From Octopus sinensis (lineage: Eukaryota), in contig NC_043019.1 in the NCBI RefSeq assembly GCF_006345805.1, positions 1,364,001 to 1,428,000 of the forward strand: a stretch of 64,000 nt of DNA, in the 5' to 3' direction. Position numbers and translations under genes: made by a program. Position 1 is the stretch's first letter. Every line of letters starts with the position of its first letter. Below are positions 49,591 through 62,024 of the stretch, one piece after another. The notes below the pieces were generated by a model. It worked only from the letters and a program-made list of their open reading frames with translations, ran no database searches and was not told the DNA's origin.

Positions 49591-50206
49591 AATGTTATTT
49601 GCTTGGTGTTTCTGTTGACGGTTTTCCATATATATATGTATTTCTTTTTCTTTTTCGACATGACTTAGGTTGATTGATTACTTGAACGTAACCTGATGGC
49701 ATTATTAACTGAGGTTGGGAAATTATGCATAATTTAATACGAAAAAGAATTTTCAATTTTAATACACAACACAACAGAAAATCATAACAAATAAAAAGAA
49801 AGTAATTCCAAGAAAACAAGTATACTCTTTACTGAAATAGAACAATATAATATGTATGTATATATCTATATCTATATATGTATGTATGTATGCATGCATG
49901 TATGCATGCATGTATATATATATATATATGTGTGTGTATGTGTAGGTTTTTCTCTTGTTTCTATTTCAATAATGAAAACTTTTGCATTCTTCGAGGCTTT
50001 TCGTATACACCAACCCACACACCCACCCACCCATCCATCCATCCATCCATCCATCCATCCATTCATCCATCCACGCATACATGCATATATACACATATAC
50101 ATACGTGTATATATATATATCTATATATACACATATACATATGTGTGAGTGTATGTATGCATATTTACGTAGCTATATGTATACTTATATTGATTGTGGA
50201 AATATG

Positions 50207-50268
<62 letters not shown>

Positions 50269-50350
50269 ATGATAGTAGATATGGTTATGTACGAAGATAT
50301 ATGAATAGAGAAAGAGAGAGAGAGAAAGAGAAAGAAGAAGACAGAGAGTG

Positions 50351-50384
<34 letters not shown>

Positions 50385-51182
50385 CAGTCAACACGCAGAG
50401 AAAGACAGGTGAAACCGTGGATATTAAAGCGACAATTTTCTTTAGTAGTGTAAATTTTCCCACGTAATTGAAAATCACTGGGACATTCCTCTGGGAAGCT
50501 GAGCAATTAGTCATCGTAATTTGCATTTGTCTAGCAATCAAGATAGATGGACAGCATGTATTAACCAAAACAACACTTGTATGTAGTGTCACACTGAACA
50601 ATGATTAGTTTTAATTACTCAGTGATGTACAAATTAAAATCCAAAACCTGAAAAAATTGCAAAAATAAATAATGGATTTCTACGTGAAGATATTTTAAAA
50701 AAGAAATATGCAAATACGTTTATGTATATAAAGGTGACATTTTATCTGAGTTGGTTATATGTTATGAAAGATGGGTTGACTATGCGAAAGTATTAATAAT
50801 CTTTCCTTGTTGTGTTTTTGTTTTTGTTTTGTTATATTTTGTCTTGTTTCTGTTTTGTTTTTCTTTTTTTGTTGTTGTCTTTTTTCTTGTGATAAGAGAA
50901 GAAAATTAAATTAGATGGTGAACTTGCAAATATTGACTGAAATTACGTTCTTATCAAAGGAATGTTTTTGAAGTTCAAAATACGCGTTGTTTTTGTTATT
51001 TGTTTTTTTTTTGTGCTTTTTTCTTGTTCTTTGCTGTTGGCCTGGCCCCGATGATGATGATGATATGATGATGATGATGATGATGTTGATGGTGATGATG
51101 GTGATGATGATGATGATGATGATGATGTTGATGGTGATGATGATGAATGATGGTGATGGTGATGATGGTGACGATGATGATA

Positions 51183-51217
<35 letters not shown>

Positions 51218-51413
51218 ATGATGATGATGATGATGATGATGATTATGATGATGATGATGTTGATGGTGATGATGGTGACGATGATGATGATAATGATGAT
51301 GATGATAATGATGATGATGATAATGATGATGATGATGTTGATGGTGATGATGATGATGAATGATGGTGATGGTGATGATGGTGACGATGATGATGATAAT
51401 GATGATGATGATT

Positions 51414-51463
<50 letters not shown>

Positions 51464-52100
51464 AATGTTATTTGCTTGGTGTTTCTGTTGACGGTTTTCC
51501 ATATATATATGTATTTCTTTTTCTTTTTCGACATGACTTAGGTTGAGTGATTACTTGAACGTAACCTGATGGCATTATTAACTGAGGTTGGGAAATTATG
51601 CATAATTTAATACGAAAAAGAATTTTCAATTTTAATACACAACACAACAGAAAATCATAACAAATAAAAAGAAAGTAATTCCAAGAAAACAAGTATACTC
51701 TTACTGAATAGAAACAATATAATATGTATGTATATATCTATATCTATATATGTATGTATGTATGCATGCATGTATGCATGCATGTATATATATATATATA
51801 TGTGTGTGTATGTGTAGGTTTTCTTCTTGTTTCTATTTCAATAATGAAAACTTTTGCATTCTTCGAGGCTTTTCGTATACACCAACCCACACACCCACCC
51901 ACCCATCCATCCATCATCCATCCATCCATCCATTCATCCATCCACGCATACATGCATATACACATATACATACGTGTATATATATATATCTATATATACA
52001 CATATACATATGTGTGAGTGTATGTATGCATATTTACGTAGCTATATGTATACTTATATTTGATTGTGGAAATATGTATATATATATATATATATGTAAT
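48365..52100. repeat. Tandem duplication, unit ~1.86 kb, containing (GACA)n, compound (GAT)n and (CATC)n
   Basis: aaacatgatagtag at 48407 and 50265 (period 1858); unique parts are nearly identical. Confidence 0.95.
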
Positions 52101-53216
52101 ATATATATATATATATATATATATATGGATGTGTGCATGTGTGTGTATACGTATGTATATATATATATACACACATACATACATAATACACACACATAAA
52201 CACATACAAGTAACGAATCTAAATTGGTTTATGTTATACTTCAAATTATATACTGTGCATTATATTTTTATCATTGTTATATTTTTAATTTGATTATTCT
52301 TTACTTTATTTTTTCCATTAATATTAAATTTCATGGCTGACAGTTTGAAATATATCAAAAACTTTTAAATTACATGAATTTATTAAATTGTTTACCGTAA
52401 GTGAACTATTATATTTGTGTGTCTGAGCATATGCAGTGCGTATGCCTTTGTGTATGTATGTATGCATGTATGTATGCATATATAAATGTATATGTGTACA
52501 TATATACATATATATATATTTGTATATATATATATGTGTGTATGTGTGCATGTACGCATGTATGAACGCGGTAAATACGTACACATTTTTATACAAAAAG
52601 TCCAGTAATATATTTACGTACAACTATATATTGTATACGCATAAACTCACACATATACACAGATACGCACTCACACAGACACAAAGACAAACACAAGCAT
52701 AGACCAACACACGAACACACACATACGCACACCATGAGACAAAGTAAGGTATTGAGAAAACAAATGTTTGTGCGTATGAAAATAACATATAAATAACATA
52801 TTTATGTTATATAAAAGAACATACATAACATTGACAAGCATCTTACGCAACTATCTATCTACCTATCTATCTATATATATATATACACACATATACATAT
52901 ATATATATATTTATATATATATATATATATAATATACATATATATATGGATATGTATATATATATGTGTGTATATATATATATATATTTATATAGATATA
53001 TAAGTCTGTGTGCGCATGCATATACATAAGCAAGCATATTCCTACATATATACATAAATATACATAAAGATATATATATATACACGCATAAGCAAATGAA
53101 CAAATATAAGCGTATATGAAAATATATAAAATCATTCACAATCACGTTATATATATGGTAGTGTGCGTACACACACTGACACACACCACACCACACACAC
53201 ACACACACACACACAC

Positions 53217-53264
<48 letters not shown>

Positions 53265-53265
<1 letters not shown>

Positions 53266-53955
53266 ATACGATCTCACAACAGAGGCAAAGTTAAGGAAAA
53301 GAAAACAAGCATATGGTTTAAATTACGATGTAGTAGATTTGTCTCCTTTCTTCTAAATACATGATGTAGCTTGTATTGTTACTGGTAATCTTTTCAATCT
53401 AATCTGTCATTACTTAATGTGTGCATTTCAACAAGAACACTTCAAAACTGACTCTTAAGGGTGACATCTGCGCGTTTCCATTAGAGGAAACTGTAAGGCG
53501 AAATTTCAGAGCATAGGTCTACTTGAATTACTGAACAGAATGAAAATACTGTCTATGAGGATCATCGACTCAGTTTGATAAAAAGTATTATACATTTTTT
53601 TGAAAGATCTTTAGGTTATTTTTGTTTTGGCTAATATAGGTATTTCTATTGATCCGTGACACTTGTTAAACTAATAGACATCTTCAAAAAATGTCCCACA
53701 CATTATAGGCTCTCCCCAGCACCAGTCAAACCACACTCCCTAGGCTGAAACAGTGTCGCATACCAATACATATATGTATGTATATACCATACATATATAT
53801 ATACCTACATATAGTGTATATATACATATTGTGTATATATGTATACATACATATATTATATATATATAAACATATAAATGTATCTTTATGTATACGTACA
53901 TATAATATTATATATATATACACATTTATGTATATATGGATACATATACACACAC

Positions 53956-53992
<37 letters not shown>

Positions 53993-54700
53993 CATACGAT
54001 CTCACATACAGAGGCAAAGTTAAGGAAAAGAAAACAAGCATATGGTTTAAATTACGATGTAGTAGATTTGTCTCCTTCGCTTCCTAAATACATGATGTAG
54101 CTTGTATTGTTACTGGTAATCTTTTCAATCTAATCTGTCATTACTTAATGTGTGCATTTCAACAAGAACACTTCAAAACTGACTCTTAAGGGTGACATCT
54201 GCGCGTTTCCATTAGAGGAAACTGTAATGGCGAAATTTCAGAGCATAGGTCTACTTGAATTACTGAACAGAATGAAAATACTGTCTATGAGGATCATCGA
54301 CTCAGTTTGATAAAAAGTATTATACATTTTTTTGAAAGATCTTTAGGTTATTTTTGTTTTGGCTAATATAGGTATTTCTATTGATCCGTGACACTTGTTA
54401 AACTAATAGACATCTTCAAAAAAATGTCCCACACATTATAGGCTCTCCCCAGCACCAGTCAAACCACACTCCCTAGGCTGAAACAGTGTCGCATACCAAT
54501 ACATATATGTATGTATATACCATACATATATATACCTACATATAAGTGTATATATACATATATGTGTATATATGTATACATACATATATATATATATATA
54601 TAAACATATAAATGTATCTTTATGTATACGTACATATAAATATATAATAATACACATTTATGAGATATGGATACATATACACACACATATATAATATATA
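53265..54700. repeat. Tandem duplication, unit ~728 bp, embedded in (TA)n-derived sequence
   Basis: catacgatctcac at 53265 and 53993; about 450 bp of unique sequence repeated almost exactly. Confidence 0.95.
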
Positions 54701-55105
54701 TATATATATACCTATATAATATATATATATCTATATATAACTGTATATAGTATATACATATGCATACATATATATATTATATTGTAATATTATACATACT
54801 ATATATACATATATAGATATACTATATATATATATTATATATGTATATATATAAATGTATATATTTATATACATATATAAATGTATAATGTATATACATA
54901 TGCATCACTATATATATATTATATGTATATTTATACATACATATATATACATATATAGATATACATATATATAATATATACTTATATATAAATGTATATA
55001 TTTATATACATATATAAATGTATATATGTATATACATATGCATACATATATATTATATATGTATATTTATACATACGTATCACACACACACACCACCACA
55101 CACAT

Positions 55106-55139
<34 letters not shown>

Positions 55140-55217
55140 AACATATAAATTATCTTTATGTATACGTACATATAAATATATATATATATACACATTTATG
55201 TATATATGGATACATAT

Positions 55218-55248
<31 letters not shown>

Positions 55249-55335
55249 ATATATAAATGTATATATGTATATACATATGCATACATATATATATATTATA
55301 TGTATATTTATACATACATATATATACATATATAG

Positions 55336-55372
<37 letters not shown>

Positions 55373-55600
55373 ATGTAATATTTATATACATATATAAATG
55401 TATATATGTATATACATATCATACATATATATATATTATATGTATATTTATACATACATATATATACATATATAGATATACATATATATATAATATGTAT
55501 TATATAAATGTATATATTTACATACATATATAAATGTATATATGTATATACATATGCATACATATATATATTATATATGTATATTTATACATACTTATAT

Positions 55601-55641
<41 letters not shown>

Positions 55642-56059
55642 ACAGACACACACTACATATATATTTGTGTGTGTGTGTGTGTGCATAAATGTGCATATTC
55701 ATACGAATATGAAAAAAAAACTACTCAAGTACCATGTGGAGTATTATAAAGCAAGTAGGAATCGAACAATTTAACAGTATATAAAGTTAGACTAGAAGAA
55801 GAAAAAAAATATGTATATATATATATATACATCCATACATATACTCCTTCACGGAAACATACATCTATGGAGAGCATACGTATGTTTGAGCGCGCACTTG
55901 TACACGCGCCCGTCTGTGTGTTTGTGTCCTTATCACATTCGAAGATGACGCAGGCGAACAAGAGATTGGTTTCTGTATCGAGAGCTTTGTTATTGTTGTT
56001 AGCGATATCATCTTCATCCTCATCGTATTCACACTCATCAAAATCAACATCATCATCAT

Positions 56060-56235
56060 CATCCTAACCAACAGCATCATTATTGTCATCGCCAACATTA
56101 CCATTGTTACTACTGTCCCTGCTGCTCCCACTACTACCACTACTGCAGTTGCTATTTCTACTACTATTACTACTACTACTACAACCACCACTATTAGTAC
56201 TATTATTATTATCTTTATTATTATTATTATTTTTA

Positions 56236-56271
<36 letters not shown>

Positions 56272-56700
56272 TATTATTATTATTATTATTATATTATTAC
56301 TATTATCATTCTTATTATTATTATTATCTTTACTAGTATTATATGTTTTATTATCTTTATTATTATTATCAATATTATTATTATTATTGTTATTATTATT
56401 GTTGTTATTATTATTATTATTATCTTTACTATTATTATATGTATTATTATATTTATTATTATTATTACTATTATTATTATTATTGTTATTATCATTGCTA
56501 TTATTGTTATTATTATTGTTGTTATTATTTTTATTATTACTATGATTATTATTATTATTATTATTATTAGTATTTTTATTATTTTTATCTTTACTATTAT
56601 TATCTGTATTATTATCTTTATTATTATTGTTATTACTATTATTATTAATATTGTTATTATTATTGTTATCATCATTGTTTTTGTTGTTGTTGTTATCTTG
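56060..56700. repeat. Degenerate trinucleotide array (ACT/ATT)n
   Basis: Direct inspection; explains the poly-I/L/Y ORFs. Confidence 0.95.
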
Positions 56701-57421
56701 CTCGGCCGATCAATGTTTATTGATTTCAACAGAAAGTATAGCAAATCACACTGATAGTAACACTCAAACCGTCTATTCAGACACACAAACACACACACAC
56801 ACACACACAGACACTCTCTCCTTCATGCACAAACACACACACACATACACACACACGCAAACATACAGATGTACGCATGGCTCTCAAACACACAAAAGCA
56901 CGCTCAGCACCCGTACACACATACATAAGACACACACACAATGACATTTGTACAGAAAAAGGAAAAAAAAAAATCAAAACTGATAAAATTATCGATATAC
57001 AGAGACACGTTAAGAAGATAAAATTATTTCTTTCCATGAACCAATTATATTGAACGTAAATCAAATTTTGAAATCATCTCAACTTGTGAGGATTTTCTTT
57101 TTTTTTTTTGCAGATTACATATGTGCAGCAGAGATATAATGTGGGTCAAGGGCATTTGTATCGCGAATGAGTTCCCTGGCTCCTGACCCCACCCAGGACA
57201 AATGTGAATCATTGCTGGAATCTATGAGAGTTTAATGGCATTGGAGGTGATTGTGCCAAAAATAGCCAAAAAAGGTTAAGGTATTAGTTCTGCGTGTGTA
57301 TATGTATGTATATATGAATACGTAAGTATATACACACACGCATACACATATATATATATAAACACATGTATGTATGTATATATATACATACACACATATA
57401 TACTTATACATACATATACAT

Positions 57422-57516
<95 letters not shown>

Positions 57517-57520
<4 letters not shown>

Positions 57521-57653
57521 AATGTAATATGTGACAATTATTCGGCAGCCATGATAAAACTCCGAGTTTCGGATGCCGGGGTGGAATTCCACGCCGCCGC
57601 CGTCTCGGAGTCTTATCATGGCTACTGAATAATTGTCACATATTACATCTACA
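57517..57653. repeat. 137-bp imperfect palindrome next to (CA)n(TA)n
   Basis: tgtaaatgtaatatgtgacaattattcggcagccatgataaaactccgag pairs with ctcggagtcttatcatggctactgaataattgtcacatattacatctaca. Confidence 0.9.
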
Positions 57654-57811
57654 GATAAATTCTTCTATTTGCATAATATCGAGGTATATTTCTTTCTTTT
57701 GTTGTCTTACCATTTTTATCAATATATATATATATATATATATGATTGACCGTTAGCTCCTACACGCATTTTTTTCTCTCCTTGTTTCTCTCCTTGTTTC
57801 TTTTTTGTGTA

Positions 57812-57849
57812 TCTTTCTGTCGAAGAGCGTAGGCTCGAAACGTAAAAGA
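57812..57849 (+). ncRNA. Minimal hammerhead-like motif with non-canonical core, in a ~200-bp repeat between (TA)n runs
   Basis: tcttt-CUGUCGA-a-gagc-guag-gcuc-GAAA-cg-UA-aaaga; all stems intact, core has A6U. Confidence 0.55.
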
Positions 57850-57955
57850 CTTGTTTTTTTCTATTCCTGAGCGACATACTAATACAATTGTTTGTTCGTA
57901 CTCCACACCTGCCTTCGTCTTTTGTTTATTTTCGTAGACCTTCACGTTATATATA

Positions 57956-58002
<47 letters not shown>

Positions 58003-58189
58003 TGAGTTTTGAACAATAAGTATCTGGAGTGTTGACAGAAACGAAGCTAAAGCACACGCAACGTATCACTGCTTTCCACAGTTGGGCCTTGAACTTTGCT
58101 GTGCAGGTGCACTAAGTTTTAACGTTCCAACTCAGCTCCGCTGTTTAAAGCAATGCTTTCAATAATGTCGCCCGACGCGCGACGGTTGC

Positions 58190-58800
58190 ATTTATCACAA
58201 CAGAGAAAGTTGTCATGGCGATTACTGTTCAAAGGCTTGCGCAAAGTTACAGAAAGTGTACGGAGATGAGTGTATGAGCCGCACACAAATGTACGAATGC
58301 TTTACATGTTTCCAAGATTGGAAGGAAAATGTCAATATTGAAGAACGTTTTCGGAGACCCACAACCAGCAGAGCTGAGAGAAACATCGCTGAGGTGCGTG
58401 CAGCTGTGAGAAGAAATAGTCAAATCACCATCCGTGCGTTACCAGATGGTGTGCAGATTAGTTACGGTTCAATTCAGTCCATCATCACTGAAGATTAGGG
58501 TATGAGGCGTAAGTCTGCCAAGTGTGTGCCACAACTACTTTCAGCTGACCAAAAACACACGCGGGTTTCAATTGCACAAGATCTTCGTTGTGCCGAGAAC
58601 AATGAAAACATTTTGAAAATATTGAGTAGACCTCAGAAGCAGGTATTGCCAAGCCTTTGGCAAAATTTGATGCAGATTCTCTGCTCAACATTCTCTGTCA
58701 TGGTCAGTGCGAGGATCACACGCTATGCACCTTCCTTCAAGCACTGATGTAAACAGTGAAAGTGAGCTATAAGGTTGAAGCTAATTGCGCATGCATAGCG
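58190..58800 (+). mobile_element. Internally deleted mariner (different subfamily)
   Basis: YGDECMSRTQMYE..F.....N.E...RRPTTS..E.NI..V...V....ITIR..GMRRKSAKCVPQLLS..QK..RV (mariner HTH and WVP(H)L linker). Confidence 0.85.
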
Positions 58801-59149
58801 GAGTGCAAAGTCTATCTGTGCCAAGCGACTTCACTCTGCGTGCTCTAGCCTCGTTACTATGGCAACTTTACGAATACTTATTGATCAGACGATGTATATA
58901 TTTATATATACATATATATATACTTATATATATATATATATATGTATATATATGTATTTATATATGTATTTATATGCATATATAGGTGTATGTATATGTA
59001 TATAAGTATGTGTGTGCGTCAGAGAGATGAGTGTGTGTGTGTATATTCATATATATTTGAATATATGCATATGCACGCACACACTCACATATACATAGAG
59101 ATAGAGACGAGAGAGGAACTGAGGTAACCTAGTAGATAGACTAAGGCAT

Positions 59150-59208
59150 ACATGCATAAATTGATAGATAGTTGATAGTTATATCGATAGGTAGAAACAT
59201 TAGATAGG

Positions 59209-59246
<38 letters not shown>

Positions 59247-59294
59247 GGTAGATAGATAGATAGATAGATAGCTAGATAGATAGATATATAGATA

Positions 59295-59347
<53 letters not shown>

Positions 59348-59472
59348 ATGATAGGTAGGTAGGTAGGTAGGTAGGTATATATATATATATATATATATAT
59401 AAAGAGAGAGAAATAGATAGATAGACAGATAGATAGATAAATAGATAGATAGATACATACATAGATACATAC

Positions 59473-59544
<72 letters not shown>

Positions 59545-59550
59545 CGAGGT
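59150..59550. repeat. (GATA)n/(GGTA)n/(TA)n compound microsatellite
   Basis: Direct inspection; explains the YLSI ORFs. Confidence 0.95.
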
Positions 59551-60009
59551 AGATAGATATGTGTGTATCTACTTGTACACATAGAGGTACGCCCAAACAC
59601 AGACCGTGTACGCAGAGTTAGGTACCACTCCAACAAAGCAAATGCACTCAGAACCACCAAAAAACGCATTCTCATGACCACCTTCTCTCAAAGACGCATC
59701 GACTCTGTCTACAACGTGACAGATCGAGTTTAATGAGGGCATGTCATTCGGGAGGTCACGATTGGCTATGGCAGCATTCTGACAACGCAATTGCTTGAAT
59801 AATCAATCAAAAGATTAATGAAAGAATCGATCGGTTAAGCAGATTGACTATTTAACTGATGGACTAATAATATTATTAAATTAAATAGGACATACTGGAC
59901 ACATTTATTGACAAAATATCCCTCTTGTGATACGACTTAATCATACATTAATGCTGCTATCTCCCAAAATGTGTGCTTCTTTCTGTAGACACATACATTG
60001 TTGTTGTTG

Positions 60010-60066
<57 letters not shown>

Positions 60067-60093
60067 GTATAATAATCATCATCATCATCATTA

Positions 60094-60305
60094 AGGCGGC
60101 GAGCCGGCATAATCGTCAGCACGCTAGACGAAATGCTTAGCGGTATTTCGCCTGTCGCTACGTTCTGAGTTCAAAATCCCACCGAGGTCAACTTTGCCCG
60201 TCATTCTTTCGGAGTCCATAAATTAAGAAGCAGTGAAACTCTGGGGTCGATATACTCGGCTCATCTTCCCCCACCCCCAAACTTGCTACCCCTGTGGAAA
60301 AAAAT
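60094..60305 (+). mobile_element. tRNA-derived SINE (type B), diverged
   Basis: aaggcggcgagccggca...gagttcaaaatccc...ggggtcgat. Confidence 0.8.
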
Positions 60306-60336
60306 CTGAAATTATTATTAATATTATTATTATTAA

Positions 60337-60388
<52 letters not shown>

Positions 60389-60469
60389 ATTATTATTATC
60401 ATCATTATTGTTGTTGTTTTTTTATTATATTATAATAATAATTATTATTATTCATATACACTCAACATA

Positions 60470-61180
60470 ATCTTGTATAATCTTGCTAACCCTGCCCTTG
60501 GGTGGAGTCCTCCATTCATATTCAATTATTTCCAATTCTTCTGTCTAGCTTCGGTAATTCAGTTTTTGTCCAATCTACAAAAGTTGTTGAGTGTCTAACT
60601 AATAACACTGCCCAAATATTTACAGCCTTCAATAGATTCGGACCATTTAGCTTTGACACCATTAACTTCCTCACCCTCCTGATGTACTCCTTCTCAATTT
60701 TCGTTTTCATTTCTGTAATTAGTACTCTGTCATATTCTAATACACCTGGATATTTATAACTTTCTCACCCTTTCAATGTTTTTACAGTCTGATCATCTCG
60801 TAATTGAATGCCTTCGCTGTTGACTATTTCTCACCTTCTCATGACTTATGTTGCACACATATCTATGCCAAATTCTATGCCTGTATCTTGCTGAAGTCTG
60901 TATTTAGGAATCTATCTCTTTTTCATCCATCCTAAAAAGCTGCTGGTCATTCAGGTATAGCAAATGGTTAATTTCTCCATTACTATTTGGGGACAACGAG
61001 TCCCCCTGGAAAATTCTTCTTTTGATATTAACTTTTCCTAAGAGTGTGTCACCTGAGTATAGATCTGCTTTCCATTTCTTTATGCTAAAAGCTAATTAAT
61101 TCTCTTATGTTCTCTGCTATATTGAATATACTCAACCATTCACTTATCCATGAGTGTGGAATCATGCTATAGGCTTTCCT
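60470..61180 (-). mobile_element. R4/Dong-like non-LTR retrotransposon RT fragment
   Basis: ORF 60522-60710 KEYIRRVRKLMVSKLNGPNLLKAVNIWAVLLVRHS..WTKTEL.KLDRR; upstream GIEFGIDMC and YKYPGVLE. Confidence 0.8.
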
Positions 61181-61621
61181 ATAGACGACGTCGACGACGA
61201 CGACAAGGATTTGGGGGAAAGGGATGCGTATAACAATAAATCTTTATGTGATTATATAGGACGATATTAAAGTGACCTTTGTGTAGTGTTTGCGATGAAA
61301 GAAAAATTTTAAAGATGCTGTGATTGAAGGCAATAACATAAGAGACACCGGTAAGAACTGATACGTGTATAAGTGATGGTGGCGATAGTGGCGATGGGAG
61401 GATGTAGAAAGTAATGGCTCTGGTAGTAGTGGAATGTGTGGTGGTGGTGGTGGTGGTGGTGAGGGATGTGCTGCTATAGCAGTTGATGGTGACCATGAAA
61501 GGAATGAAACATTTTCTACACAAGATATAAGCCTAAAAGCAATGAATTATTATTTATTAGTCACACATCACTCAAGTTCATACAAACAAAATTAATACAT
61601 ATTCGTACCCCTAATATGACA

Positions 61622-62005
61622 GCGGAGGCGCAATGACCCAGTGGTTAGGGCAGCGGACTCGCGGTCGTAGGATACCGATTTCGATTCTCAGACCGGGCGT
61701 TGTGCGTGTTTATTGAGCGAAAACACCTAATGCTCCACGATGCTCCGGCAGGGATGGTGGTGACCCCTGCTGTACTCTTTCACCACAACTTTCTCTCACT
61801 CTTAATTCATGTTTCTGTTGTGCCTGTATTTCAAATGGTCGGCGTTGTCACTCTCTGTGTCACGCTGAATATCCCCGAGAACTGCGTTAAGGGTACACGT
61901 GTCTGTGGAGTGCTCAGCCACTTACACGTTAATTTCACGAGCAAGCTGTTCCGTTGATTCGGATCAACCGGAACCCTCGTTGTCGTAACCGACGGTGTGC
62001 TTAAA
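61622..62005 (+). mobile_element. tRNA-derived SINE (type D), full length, poly-A end
   Basis: ggaggcgcaatgacccagtggttagg (A box)...tttcgattc (B box)...aaataaaaaaaaaa. Confidence 0.9.
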
Positions 62006-62024
62006 TAAAAAAAAAAGTATTCTG

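Noticed and set aside
49111-49668. Asp-rich ORF resembling acidic biomineralisation proteins
   Set aside because: It lies in a compound (GAT)n microsatellite open in multiple frames, has no signal peptide or splice context, and is not preserved in the duplicate copy at about 51 kb.
1991-62005. tRNA genes
   Set aside because: The A/B-box sequences are SINE heads continuing into shared SINE bodies; no complete cloverleaf.
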